From the human T2T-CHM13v2.0 reference genome, Homo sapiens, in assembly GCF_009914755.1 (NCBI RefSeq), contig NC_060935.1: 64,000 nucleotides of DNA. One strand, given 5' to 3'. Shown one piece after another: positions 15,296-38,140 of this stretch. Under the pieces are notes generated by a model that worked only from the letters and a program-made list of their open reading frames with translations, ran no database searches and was not told the origin of the DNA. A program made the position numbers and the translations under genes. The stretch's first letter is position 1. The number at the start of each line of letters is the position of its first letter.

Positions 15296-15649
15296 AATGC
15301 AAGTTGATGGTTATCAGGTATGTATAGATGCTCTCAGTGTGTTCTTTTTTTTAAAAAAAAAAATCAGTACTAACTTATCTTTCTGGATACCTGCTTTCAA
15401 TCTATTTTTGGCTTTTGGAGATTTCCCTCATTTTGTTTTGAGGTACATTTTGAAAAAAAATATTTTGTATATCTTATTTTTTATTGGTTTTCAATGGGAG
15501 GGTTATTCTAGGCATGTATTCAACCATGATGCTGGAAAATGAAAACTACCTTTCTTATTATAAGCCTTTCCTCCCTTATTTCCTGCATTCTATTTTTTCG
15601 ATTGGATTTTTCTTGAACTCCTTTTATGCCCTCTAATGGTTTGGAGCTT

Positions 15650-16150
15650 TGGAAATGTACTGGAATTTAGCTTACTCAGCATCCATGCCAATCCCCTTCT
15701 GGTTTGCATTTGGATATTACAGGGTTAGAAAGCTAATATAATATTTCTCAGATTTCCCTGAAGCAAGACATCCACATATGATATCATATCCACCCACATA
15801 CCCACATGTGGGTGCATTCCCTTTCCCAGATGCACCCCCATGAAATAGGAGGTAGGTGACTGTGGGCAAGGAGTTTGGTTCTTATTGAAACAATGTCAAA
15901 AACATCTGGTTCTTCTGGTAACAGCTGTGGGGTATTTTCTGGCATGTGGTCTTTGTATCATGAGTGTCAAAATGCCAGGCATTGGTGGCAGTATTTTTCC
16001 ATTAGAATAGTTCTGTGTTATGGTTGGCCATTTTCCTTTGCTACTTTTGTCCCCATCTGTATGGTTACTGGCTGTTTAGCATTCAAACTCAGCATGCTGG
16101 CCCTTTCAGAAATCTTCAGAGTTACCCCCAGGCAGCTGGAAGCTTTTTAG
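15650..16150 (+). mobile_element. LTR33-like ERVL LTR
   Basis: agaaagctaa...atttctcagatttccctgaagc...cccagatgcacc motifs; highly diverged. Confidence 0.45.
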
Positions 16151-17054
16151 CTGGTTTTTTTTTTTTTTTTTTTTTTTTTTTGGTTTTTGGGTTTTTGTTT
16201 TGTTTTGTTTTGTTTTTTCTAGCTTAGTTTCTTGGCGTATTGCAAGGTAGTCACTGGTATCCTTAAGGGATGCTCCTGCTGAGTGTCAAGATCACTTCTT
16301 CACACTTCTTCCTTTTCTCTGAGATGTTGGTCCCTTAAAGTCCTGACTGCTTTGGCAAGCCTGAACTCCAGTTTATATCTCTTCAGCCTTATGAAATTGC
16401 TGAAGCTCTGCTAGTTTCTCTGTCTCTTAGTAGCAGCCTTCCGCCCAGCTTCTCAGCCTCTCTCCTGAAAAGCTGAAATAAGCAGATGCCCCAAGGGAAA
16501 TAATGGCACCTATAATAATGAGCTCACATCAATGAGCTGCTCTTTTCGCTTTTATCTTAGCCCCTCAAATAGATCTCACTATTTTGGAGGCTGTCCTATA
16601 TTTATATCTATCTATATTCATCCTCCCTCTCCCAACTTTCCTGGTTGTTTTCAAGTTGAAGTGGTTGATATGTTCAGGCTACTTCATTATAGCAAGAAGT
16701 AGAATTCCTCCACCACCTTCTTTCTTGTTACCATGGTTTTGAACATGCTGTTTCCTTAGTCTTTTCTTCTTTTTGTTACTTATTTTGGAGGATAACTCCT
16801 ACTTTAAGATTCAGCTCTATCATGACCTACTCTGATAATCAACCTCCAAGTCTAATTTAGATTTGCCTCCTCTATGTTCCCTTGTGCTTATTCCTTAATA
16901 CATAGTTTTAAAATTATTTAATGCAGTTTTCAACCTATAGACCAAACTCCTTGTGGACAGAGATTTTGTTTTGTAGTTTTATATTCCCAGTGTGTAGGAC
17001 AAATCTGGCATATAGTAGTTGCTCAATAAATACAAAGTTAAAATTGAAATTCAG

Positions 17055-17672
<618 letters not shown>

Positions 17673-19738
17673 TCAAAATGCAATAATTTTCTATATGGCT
17701 GTCGGACTTGGGAAGGATTTAATGAGAGTAAATAATCAAGAAGTATGCTTTATGCTTCTAGTTCCAAGAATAGACCCAATTGTATGCATGATAAAGAGGA
17801 CAAATCTTTTTCTTATGGGTTGAATGGTCCTTTCCATTAAAAACTAGGAAGTCCACTCTCCCAGAGCCACACCTTCCAGAGCCACCAGATCTTTGGATAG
17901 GCTGTTGTCCCTGTACTAATAGCTCTCTCTTCTCCTGTTATAGTTTTCTGCCAATGTGTTCCAGCCCCCAGGAAAGCCTCACGGGATTGCCTGGAGAGGG
18001 TGATGCCATGTGGCTAATCCATATTTTAGGAATCTTGGCTTACATCCACATATTTTATCATTAATTGTTAGTCATTTAACTAGGTTATTGATACTTCAAC
18101 TTTCTTCACAACACAGCTCACAAAAATGGATACTATTGTAAGTCTCCCTCCAAACTTACATCCCAGCCAATCAAAGTGCTGACATTTTCCTGTTGACTTG
18201 ATCTTATTGGTGAGTTGACCCAGGCTTTACTTTAGCTATTCTCCTGTCTGGTATTGCTTTCTGTTCTGTCTTTCTTTCACCCATTAGACCTGTTTTAGAG
18301 CCTCTCATTTCTATTGTTTTGTCCAAGAAGCTTGTTCCATCTTTTTTGCAGATATTTTAACAAGCTTCCTTTTTCCTAGCCTTACTCATAACACGCTATC
18401 AAAGTTAAGCTTCAGTAATTCAAATCCAGTATAGAAATTGCACATAGAAGAAACAATATACTTCAAAAACCACCATTGCTCATTATCTGTGTGTGTGTTT
18501 TTTTTAATGCTCATATGTCCATGGGAACTTGGTTCATGCCTATTCTGAACTACGTAAGTTGTCAAGTTCTAGCGCATCATGGACTTTTTATTATAAGTGA
18601 TTTCTCCTGTACTCCTTTCTTCCATCTCCAGTCAGAAATGATTAGCAGCTCTAATTCTGTTTCTACATTTTCCTGCCAGAAGAAGGCATGTGAATGGAAT
18701 GCTGACAAGCAGCATTTCAAGATCCACTGATATTTCTTGAAGAAACCAGTCAATAGTTTGTTTCTTGGATACCTCTCCTAAATTAAACCATCTCATAGTT
18801 CTCAAGCACATTCTATTGGTGTTGCTCAGAGTTTTGCCAAACATAGGGATGAGTGTGCTTAATTCAACTTGCCTTGATGGATAGACTGGTTTCCACTCCC
18901 TCCTACTTCCTTGTCCACCTGGAGAACAGAGTTGGAAATGAGGATTCTTGACCACAGTGGCCCTGGGAGATCTAACCACTGGTATCTCATTTTTTTTCAA
19001 CTGATCTTTTATGAAAAGGCCATATTCACCTACCAGAATTTAGTTGCCAGTCAGGATAGCCAGTGTAAATAAATCGCGTTGTTTGTGTCTCAGAAACAGA
19101 AACGTGTATTGCTGCATTTGGTTCATTACATTCACTTACTCTGGTCAGGGATAAATGTTAACAAGAATGCAAATGGCAACAAAGGTTTATGGCATTCAAT
19201 TAAGGTGTATATATATTATACTGTACGTAGTACATGAGAGTTTTTATTGTTCTAAATAAATACCTGACAATGTCCAATTTAATAGAATCTGAAGCTGAAA
19301 GTGACAAAAACACAATACTTTCTCCAAAAATATGACTGAAAATACACACTGTAGAAGTTGTACATGAAAGGAGCTGTATTATCCACAACAATCAAGTGTT
19401 CCATATGCTTATATTAGGCTGAAATGGCATTTATTGTAGTCTAATCAATATGCCTTTGAGTAGGGCCATCTCTGCTCCCAGGAATCCTCCCAATGTCACT
19501 GAGGCAACTCTAATAACCAAATATGATACCCCTAAGATTGGGCAAAGACTAGCCTATTTCAATGTTCCCTTTCATTTTTCACTCACTGCAAGGAAAACAC
19601 TTTGTGGTATTTTGTATATTAATAGTAATATCCAAGATATATTTAATTTAATATTGACAATAAAGGAAGAACTATAACAAAATTACTTGGGACAATGTTA
19701 TTTTTAGTGAATGTTTTTATCATAATGAAACTAATGAT

Positions 19739-20050
19739 GGGCTGGGAGCAATCTCTCATGCCTGTAACCCCAACACTTTGGGTGACCAAGGTGGAGGATG
19801 ACTTGAGGATGGGAATTTGAGAACAGCCTGGGCAAGGTAGGGAAATGCTCATCTTTAGAATAAGAAAAACAAATTAGCTGGGTGTCGTGGCTAGCATCCA
19901 TCTGTAATGCTAGCTATTCGAGAGGCTAAGGTGGGAGGACTGCTTGAGTCCAGGAGCTCAAGGTTACAGTGAGCTATGATTGCACACTGCATTCCAGTCT
20001 GGGTGACAGAGAAAGACTCTGTCTCTATGAGAAATAAAAAGAAAAAAAAA
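19739..20050 (+). mobile_element. AluJ
   Basis: Diverged dimer with A tail. Confidence 0.88.
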
Positions 20051-20689
20051 TAATATTTTAATATGATTAAGATGAAAGCAGATATCTTGATGCTATTGGA
20101 AATGCTTGTACATTACACCAACCTCCAATTGTCAGCCAGAGTACTGCATTTCATGAGCATTCCAAGTATGACTGCTTAGATATTTGAACAATATCACAGA
20201 AAGTGAGGTAGGACTTTCTCATTTGCTCAGTAAATGGTGGGACCATTCATTGAGTAAATGAGCCTCAAATAAGTCGATGTGTATTTGTAAGTATAATGAT
20301 AAAAACTAGGTTAAGTCAAAAGATTCTCCACTTAACCTATCAATCTTTACATTGCTTCAAGGAAACCAGAATAGTTTTCCTAATTTTGAATGTTAGCATT
20401 GGTTATACAAATACAGGCATGAAACCAATAAAATTTCACTTAAACTCCACAAGCTTCTAATAACTCCTTCTTTACATTGAATAAACAAATTATATGTGCT
20501 GAAATCATAAGAAATCTTCAGGGAGCAAATTTATTGAGTGCCTCTTCTGCTTGGTAATGAGGATTATTTAGAAGTACAAAAGAAGGACTGGCTCAAGAAG
20601 TTTAGAATAATGATTTGAAACAAAGAAGAATATAAAAGAAGATAATGGGCATTATATAACCTCGACAGAATATCAAATGAATGCCAAGG

Positions 20690-21215
20690 TAATTTATCCA
20701 CTTATACATAGTGATTTGGTAGACACTGGGACAAGTATTGGGAATAGAGTGGTGAAAAACTAGAATTCTCATCTTATAGATCCTACATTTTAGTCAAGAA
20801 GGTATAAAATAAACAAGCAGAAAATCTGTACTAAAGTTACTTTGAGATAATTATAGGTGTTCTAACTGCAAAGAGTAACCAGACAACGTTAGATGCATAG
20901 GTCAGAGAAGGCCACAGTAAGGAGGTGGTGAACTTTGGGCTGAGGTCTGTCTGATCAGAACAAGTCAGCCACGTGAAGATCGGGGGAGAAGGCAAGTTCA
21001 AAACTGCACTGGCGAGAACAAGCTTGGCGTGTTTGGAGAAATCCGAGTGTGGTGAAGTATTGTGAGCAGGGAGACTTAGGAGATCAGATGGGAGATGTAG
21101 CTAGGACCAGAATACGAAGATCTGGAAAGGTTTGGTAAAGAGTTTGGACTCTTATAAGTGCAATAGGAAGCCAGCTGGAGATTTCAAGCAGGAGAATGTC
21201 CTTATTCCATTTGTT
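20690..21215 (+). mobile_element. L2 fragment
   Basis: ggtcagagaaggcc...gtcagccacgtgaagat...ggaagccagctggagatttcaagcagg L2-type motifs (orientation as read, not relative to consensus). Confidence 0.65.
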
Positions 21216-21234
21216 TCCAAAAAACTGTGATGCT

Positions 21235-21770
21235 AAGAGTGTATGCAAGAGAAATGAAAACATATGCCCCCATAAAAACTTGTACATGAATGTTTATACC
21301 AGCATTATACCAGCATGTTTATGATGAATGCATAAACAAAACAGCATTATACCAGAATGTTTATGATGAATGCATAAACAAAACATGGTTTATCCATACA
21401 ATGGCATATTGCTTGTCCGTAAAAAGAAATAAAGTACTGATACATGCTACAACATAGATGGACCTGAGAACATTAAGAGAAAGAAGCCAGTCACAAAAGG
21501 CTACATATTGTATAATTCCATTTACGTGAAATGTGCAGAATAGGCATGTATATATATAAACAGAAAGTAGACTGAAATTTGCTTAGAGCTGGTGGGAATA
21601 GAGAGATTGGAGAGGGTGGTAGCTAAAGGGTATAATGCTTCTTTTTGATGTGATGAAAATGTTCTAAAATTGATTGTGGTGTTGGGTGCACAACTCTGTG
21701 AATATACTAAAAGCTATTAAATTACACACTTTTAAATGGTTGAATCTCAATAAAGCTGTGGCCCAAAAAA
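21235..21770 (+). mobile_element. L1MB 3' end
   Basis: gaaatgaaaacatatg...aaagaagccagtcacaaaag...gaatctcaataaagctg. Confidence 0.85.
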
Positions 21771-23863
21771 GATTGTGATAAACCCTATAGAAATCCTGAA
21801 ACTTTCTTCCTGGGTTGACCAAGAGAAGTTTAATAGAGAAGTCATCATTTGAGTTCGCAGTAAAGTATGTGAGAAAATTAGGGGAGAAAAATCTTGCATT
21901 TGTAAAATGCATGATTAATTGTCAAGTAATTTTCCAATCTATTTTCCAAGGGACATTATTTTTGTTCTGCAATAAAGATGCTATTAATGGTCACGTAAAT
22001 TTGAGAAATAGTCATATTTCTTTCTTGGAGATTCACAATGAACTTTATCAGCCTACTAAAAAGTTCTGAGTAATTCTGCAGCTTCTGAGGCTCAGAATAA
22101 AAGTGTCTGCTCAAAAGAATTTGAGGCTAAATCACTGGACAAAGTTCTCTCTCATCTCAGCATTAAGGTGACAGGAAGACAGAGCACTTTTTGGAAATGG
22201 AAAAGGAAGATACAGTCAAGGAAGACCTGGAATAACACCACAAATGTCTAAACTTATCAAAAAGACAGGAGTATCTCAATTGCTGTGCTCTGAGGGCAGA
22301 GATGGAAATCACAAACGTGCCAATATAGGAGCAGAATGAAAGGTCGAAAGAGATTTCCAACTGAATTTAACCCCATAGGGCTTTGGCATCCTAGTAAAAC
22401 TTGAAACACAGACTTTGTGAATGCTTCTTCTCTCAGATACTTCTGAGTCTCTGCTCTGGTCTTTGCCTGGCAGCAGAACTCTGGGTCTAGGCTGCACTGA
22501 CAGCTGGGCACTCAGAACCAAAGTGAGGCATGTGAGAAACTTTGGATTGCATTAATTGAAAATCAGAGTTGCTGTGGGAACTCCCAACTCTACTTAGGAA
22601 TGATATTCGTGTAGTTTTTACTCAACAAATATTTATGGAGCACTTGCTGTGTGCCAGGTGCTGTTCTAGGTACGGGTATACAGCAGGGAGCAAAACAGAA
22701 AAAAATTCCCTGCCCTCATATGACCAATATTCTAGTGCAATGGACAAAAATAAGAGGAAATATACATGGTAAAAGGCCTTTGTGGAAAGATAATTTTGTC
22801 TTTTTTTGAGATGGGGTCTTGCTCTGTTGCCCGGCTGGAGTGCAACAATGCAGTCATAGCTCACTGCAGCCTCAACTTTCTGGGCTCAAGCAATCCTTCT
22901 GACTCAGCCTCCTGAGGAGCTGGGACTACAGGCATGCACCACCACACCTAGCTAATTTTTTATTTTTTGTGGAGATGGGGTCTCACTATGTTGCTCTGGC
23001 TAAGAAAAGGGGATTTTTGATAAAAGACTTAAAGGAAGTAAGGAAGCCAGCTTCAGAAGGAATAGTAGATGTAAAGACCCTAATGTTGAAAACATGCCTG
23101 GTGTGTTCAAGGAAGAGCAAGGAGGCTGGTATAACCAGAGCTCAGAGAGTAGGGGGAAAGTAGTAAAAAATGAGGTCAAAGAGAACACAGGAAGTCAGAT
23201 CATGGGGTTCTTACAGGTCATAATAAGGACCTCACTTTTTACTCTGAATGGGACCGTAAGCCATGGAGAGTTTTGAGCAGGGGAGTGACATGATTAGACT
23301 CAGATTTTAACAGGATCACTCTACCTGCTGTGTGAAGAGACAGGAGGTAACAATGATAGAAATTAGGAGAACAGTAAGAGGCTAATGCAATGATGTGAGA
23401 GAAGGAAGAGAAAGGTGGGTGGGACCAGGTTAGTGGTAGTGGCAGTAATAAAAAGTTACTGAATTCTGAAGATATCTCAACAATGGCCCAGTTGTTTAAA
23501 AAAAACTGAATTCTGAAGATATTTTGAAGGTTGAGCTAACACAATTTATAAATGGAGTGAGGATGTCCATTTAAGAGTGACACTAAGTTTTAACCTGAGA
23601 AACTCAAAGGATTGAATTGTAATAAGCTGAGCTGGAGCAGATTGAGAGGAATGGTTTGAAGGAGTGAACTTATCAGGGCTTAAGGCTAAGCTGGACATGT
23701 TAAGCTTGAAGTTTTAGCCATCCAAGTGGAGTTGTCAAACAGGTAGTTGGATACACAGGGCTAGAAGCTAGAAAAGAGGTTTGTGCTAGAGATATAAATT
23801 TGGGTTTCCTCACTTTCGAGATGGTATTTAAAACCATGCAACCAAGAGACTTCATCTAGGAAG

Positions 23864-24930
23864 TGAGTTGGGGCTCAAAAACTGATACCCCAAATATGGC
23901 ATTCTGACATACAGAACTGAAGAAGACTCAAGGCCTCTCTCAAAGAAGTTGAAATTCCTTTATCTGCCTAACATCCAGAATCAACAAGAACAATGATTAT
24001 TTTTTCTTCCCCTCCTTCATATCTCTCATTATCTATCACAGAAAAGAAGACCAAGAATGTAACCACACCTAAACAGACCCTTTCACAAGATAATGTCTGT
24101 TTCTCAGACTCATTCAAATTCCAAAGAGACATTATTTACCAGCTAATCTCTGTTTCACATCCATTCATTCTCCCTAGTAATAATTTATTTCTCCTCAACA
24201 GAATTTCTCTTCTTCCCCCACCCCATAACCTGTTTTACCAGGATCCAAGCCCTGATTCTTTCTGCAACCTCAAGATGGTATTGTCGATGTAAAAGGAAGA
24301 AGCTGAAGCAAAATTAATATAAGTAGAGAGTTTATTTGGGCCAAGGTTGAAGATTGCAACCAGGATCATAGATTCCAGTTGCCCTGAATATACACTCTAG
24401 CAGTATATAATTTATATAGCAGTTACAAGGCGATTTTTAAAGGCAAAAAATGGGGACAGGGAGTGAGCTGGTGCAAAGTTGTTTGTCAGGAATTCTCACT
24501 GGTTTTCAGAAATAATATTGATTAGTGATTGGCTATACATGGTTAAGCTGTAGGGTGTGGGTTATATTATAGCGCCTGGTGTGGCATTGTTAGGTTCATT
24601 TATAGCTATTTGTGGCAATAGCAAGCAGTTTCAAGAGATGAATACAGAGAGCTCATATGGGGGAGTAGGGTGTGATTTCTGTCTCATTTAATGCTTCTCT
24701 GGGCCTAATAATTTGAAAGAGCTCACATTCATTCTTCTTATGAAAGTTATTTTCTTTCCTCAGTGTATAAGCTTCTGCAGCTGACAGGGAGGTTGGGTCT
24801 TCATTCTGAAAGCTCTTATGCATACACATTAAATAAATTTGTATGCTTCTTTTTCTATTATTCTGCCTTATGTCAGGAATTTTCAGTGAAACTTTGGAGG
24901 GCAAAATGAAAGTGTTCCTTGGCCCCTACA
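23864..24930 (+). mobile_element. MER34/MER39-type ERV1 solo LTR (host of a nested LTR)
   Basis: gggctcaaaaactgataccccaaatatgg...cttggcccctaca; TSD gaag/aaag. Confidence 0.7.
24282..24762 (-). mobile_element. ERV1 (MER4-group) solo LTR nested in the previous LTR
   Basis: TG...CA ends, TSD gtat/gtgt, antisense polyA signal tttatt near the left end. Confidence 0.7.
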
Positions 24931-25288
24931 AAAGAAAGAAAGATCTAAAAACTTGGATCTCTCCAAAATTTAGGGGTCAGACCTGAGAGGGAACCAGAAA
25001 AGGAAACTCAGGAGTGGCAAGACAGATTAAAAAAAAAAAAAAAAAGAAATCCAACAACTGTGGTGTCCTGGAGCCAAATGAAAAGAGTGGAGGAGAAGAG
25101 AGAAAGCAACTGTGTCAAATAGTGCTGCTGGGATTGACACCTGGATTTGGCATTAAAGTAACCTTGATAGAACAACGTAGGTGGATTGGTGAAGCAAAAA
25201 CCTGATTAGAGTGGATTCAAAGCTAACAGGAAGAGATATTAAAGACACCAAGTACAGACTGAACTTTCAAGGATGTTTTCTGTAGAGA

Positions 25289-26504
<1,216 letters not shown>

Positions 26505-26571
26505 GAGAGGAGAGAGATGGCATAATAGCTCATCAAGAGAAGTTTTTGTTTCTGGTTTTTTTTTTCTATTA

Positions 26572-26970
<399 letters not shown>

Positions 26971-27120
26971 TCATTTTAGGGCTGTCCTAGGATAGAATTG
27001 TGTTCAATTCATCCATAGGAACCTGTGTAAAACAAAATTGGAAAAGAGTGGTCTTTGGGATTTTGATTTAATTTTAAGAATGTGGGGCTTTACTATCTTG
27101 CACATTAGTTAAAAGGATGA

Positions 27121-27429
<309 letters not shown>

Positions 27430-27576
27430 ATTATTTGTACTTAAATGTCACACTGGGAATTTGATAATGAAAGGGAATTTGTATTGTTGCAATTTTAGGT
27501 TTTTAAATATTGTTGACTTTTTCTTATTTGGAATCATGCTGCTAGGCTCATTGTATACCCATTGTTGTTGAGCTCT

Positions 27577-27700
27577 AGTTAAGGACTATATGTCCTAATA
27601 TTTTTCTCAGGACAGTCCTAGTTTATGGTTTATGTGTCAGAGTAATTATTGATAGCTCTCCCTTCCACTCTCAAAAGTGTGCCAGTTTGTTTTATAAATG
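27577..27700 (+). mobile_element. MER94-like hAT MITE
   Basis: ggacagtcctagtttat...gtaattattgatagc...ccactctcaaaagtgtgccagtttg. Confidence 0.55.
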
Positions 27701-27877
27701 CCAAAGTCCAAACTCTAGGTGAGGTGGTAGGAAAAAGATCAGGGAGCAATATTTTGCCTAAGACATAGTATGGCCATGACCCATTTCAGAGGTTTTTTCA
27801 AAGCATAAGATGAATAGCCCACCAGAGGTCCCACGAGAAAATTCAAAGGACAAGATGTCATTGTATCTGATTATAAC

Positions 27878-28422
27878 TGTAGGTCCTTTACCTACAGGGT
27901 CCTTTACCTACAGGGTCCTTTACCTACTGGCACCAAGATACCAGGTTGCAGCAGAGAAAGAGGTGTAATCATAGGGCCTTTGAAGAGGAAATGGGAGAAA
28001 CCTCAAATCTGTCTCCCTGAGGAGTTTGGGGATAGAGTTTTTAAGGGTTTTGGAGTGGGCCAAAGCATGGAGATTGTTGATCAGTTGAAAAGTGCAGAGT
28101 GAAGTCAAAGGACAGGGAGATAAGGAAACTGTTTTCTCATGCTGATTTGGTTCCTCTGTGGGGGTCTTTAAACTGGTTGGCATCAGCTGTTTCCCTGGGA
28201 TTTGGGATCTAAAAAACACCTTAAGCAATTCATAAGCAAAAGCCATATGATTCTAACATCAGAGATCCTAACTGTAGGAACAGTGGGAATGCAAATGGTC
28301 AGTATCTAATGTTACTTTCAGTTACAAGGAAGAGGGCAAAGCGCAGCCTGATTAACTATAGCTGCTTAATTATAACTATATTTCTGTCCAGAATTCTTGT
28401 TAACCCTGTGAGGACAGCTTGA
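27878..28422 (-). mobile_element. ERV1-class solo LTR (subfamily not assigned)
   Basis: ggttgcagcagagaaagaggt...cctcaaatctgtctccctgaggagtttgggg...ccagaattcttgttaaccctgtgagg typical of MER4-group LTRs. Confidence 0.65.
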
Positions 28423-28496
28423 TAATTACAGAGATTTGTAGTACACATACACATAGGGTGACTCTGAGGGTAGTGGCTGATGTAGGGACAATGGTT

Positions 28497-29210
<714 letters not shown>

Positions 29211-29942
29211 CAGTGACTTCTTGCAGTTGGACCCAAGGCTGTCCCGATAGAGTCTGACTTATTTCTTGGAGGGAGGTAGTTACACTCATGGATGGCCAAA
29301 GCTGTAATTATTAAACTGAAGAGTGCCAGGGGACTTGGCTTTTCCTCCACTCCTTATGTTCCACAGAGGGGAGGGATGATCTCTCTAGAAAGAAAAAGCA
29401 CGGGAAGAATCCCATAACAATGCCAAACAGCATGAGAACTCTATGCAGAAAGAATTGCTATGAGCTCGATGGAGGAAACACTTGCAGTGTGTTTTAGGTG
29501 ATGGCTCAGATTTAGATAGAAGAATATGAGGGCAGAACCTAGTACAGAATCAAGTAGGCAGAAAATGGAAAAATCTGTTAAATTATAACCTGTCATATAA
29601 ATACCTAAGGGGTATGTTGATGCTTGTGTCTACATGTTAAAGACGACCATAATCACCCAAATGGTATCATGAACAAGATGCTTGGAAAATCCCAGGCAAA
29701 TATTTATAGGCATACACTGCATACTTCGTTAATAATAAAATATGCATAGCTGTGTTATGGCCTGCAGTGATAAATATCTGCATATTTAGAAAACCACCTG
29801 CTTTCAGAAATCATTTTCTCCTCTGTTACTGCCTTGCTTTCCTTGATGACTACAAGGATTCTATTTACTTTAAATTATTAAATTCAGGATATAATTTGAA
29901 CATAATAAGAAGTACAAGTAGAATTTCAAATATAGCATTAAC

Positions 29943-30230
29943 AGCTGGGCACAGTAGCTCATGCCTATAATCCCAGTACTCTGGGAGGCCGAGGTGGGAA
30001 GACTGCTTGAAGCCAGGAGTTTGAGACCAGCCTGAGCAACATAGCAAGACCCCGACTCTACAAAAATAAATTTAAAAATGAGCTGGTTGTAGTGGCATGC
30101 ACCTATAGTCCCAGCTACTTGGGAGGCTGAGATGGGAGGATTGCTTGAGCCCAGGAGTTCAAGGCTACAGTAAGCTATGATCATGCCATTGTTCTCTAGC
30201 CTGGATGACAGAGTGAGACCCTGTCTCTAA
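29943..30230 (+). mobile_element. AluJ followed by a (CCAA)n tail to 30268
   Basis: Dimer; aaccaaccaacc microsatellite. Confidence 0.88.
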
Positions 30231-30905
30231 AACCAACCAACCAACCAGCCAACCAACCAACCAACCAACACAAACAAAAATGTGATAGCAATTAACTGTA
30301 TCTTCTGCTATGTACTGAATATTTGTTATTACACACTAGATTGTTCTTGCTGATAGAATTTTGAAGCCATTTTCTGTTTCCAGATCAGCATGGGAGATAG
30401 TGGTTTCTGCACACAAACAAATTGGCTTGTTTTTAGCATGAATGATTTGTGTTTGTGCTGAACAAGACTTTGCCAGCTAAATGGTCTGGCAGAAGCACTA
30501 CGCATATATATAGATAACCAAGCAAGAAATGCTTTCAATTTACTTGCTATATTTTTGAAGAATAATGTATCTGCCTAAATAACCTAGTGGGAATTACCTA
30601 GCTTTCTCTTCATTTGTTTTTCTAAATATACATTACTCCAAATATTTTAACAATTAATGAAGGTATGACTGGACATTCATCTTTTTCACTTGATATATGG
30701 AAATATAAAACCATTATCATTTTGATTTCATTCAATCACTATATCTGGTTATAATTCAGCTGTGTTTTTAATCACTAATATACTCCAGGAAGTTCCATGG
30801 TGACACTGAATGTATTACACTATCAATTTATTAAAGATGCTTTCCTTACCAAAATACTTGTTCCAAAAGTTTGTTAAAAAGTCAATTATTTATAAAGGTG
30901 AATAT

Positions 30906-37774
<6,869 letters not shown>

Positions 37775-38140
37775 GTTGGGCAGCCCCTAGAATCACAGCA
37801 GATTCAGAGAGACTCCAGGGATGCCTCGTGGTCAGAAAAAATTTATAGATTAAAAAAAGGGAAGTGACATACAGAAATCAGAAGTGAGGCACAGAAACAG
37901 CTGAATTGGTTATAGGTTGGCGTTTGCCTTATTTGAACACAGTTTGAACACTTAGGAGTCTATGAGTGGTTGAAGTATGGCCACTGGGATTGGCCAAGAC
38001 TCAGCTATTGTTACAGGTGCATACTCCTAAATTAGATTTTCGATCTTGTCTGCCTATTAAACTAGGTTACAGTTTGTCCATAAGGACTCAAATATAGAAA
38101 TACAGAGTCCTTCTCAGGCCATATTTAGTTTGCTTTAACA
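37775..38140 (-). mobile_element. MER57A-type LTR, 3'-truncated
   Basis: Reverse complement closely parallels 3669-4030; right end tgctttaaca. Confidence 0.88.

Larger units (their letters stand above)
22610..25280 (+). mobile_element. L2 element interrupted by an Alu (22801-23000, minus) and LTRs
   Basis: ctcaacaaatatttatggagcac...gtgccagg terminus; ggtgtgttcaaggaagagcaaggaggc, ttttgagcaggggagtgacatgat (orientation as read). Confidence 0.75.
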
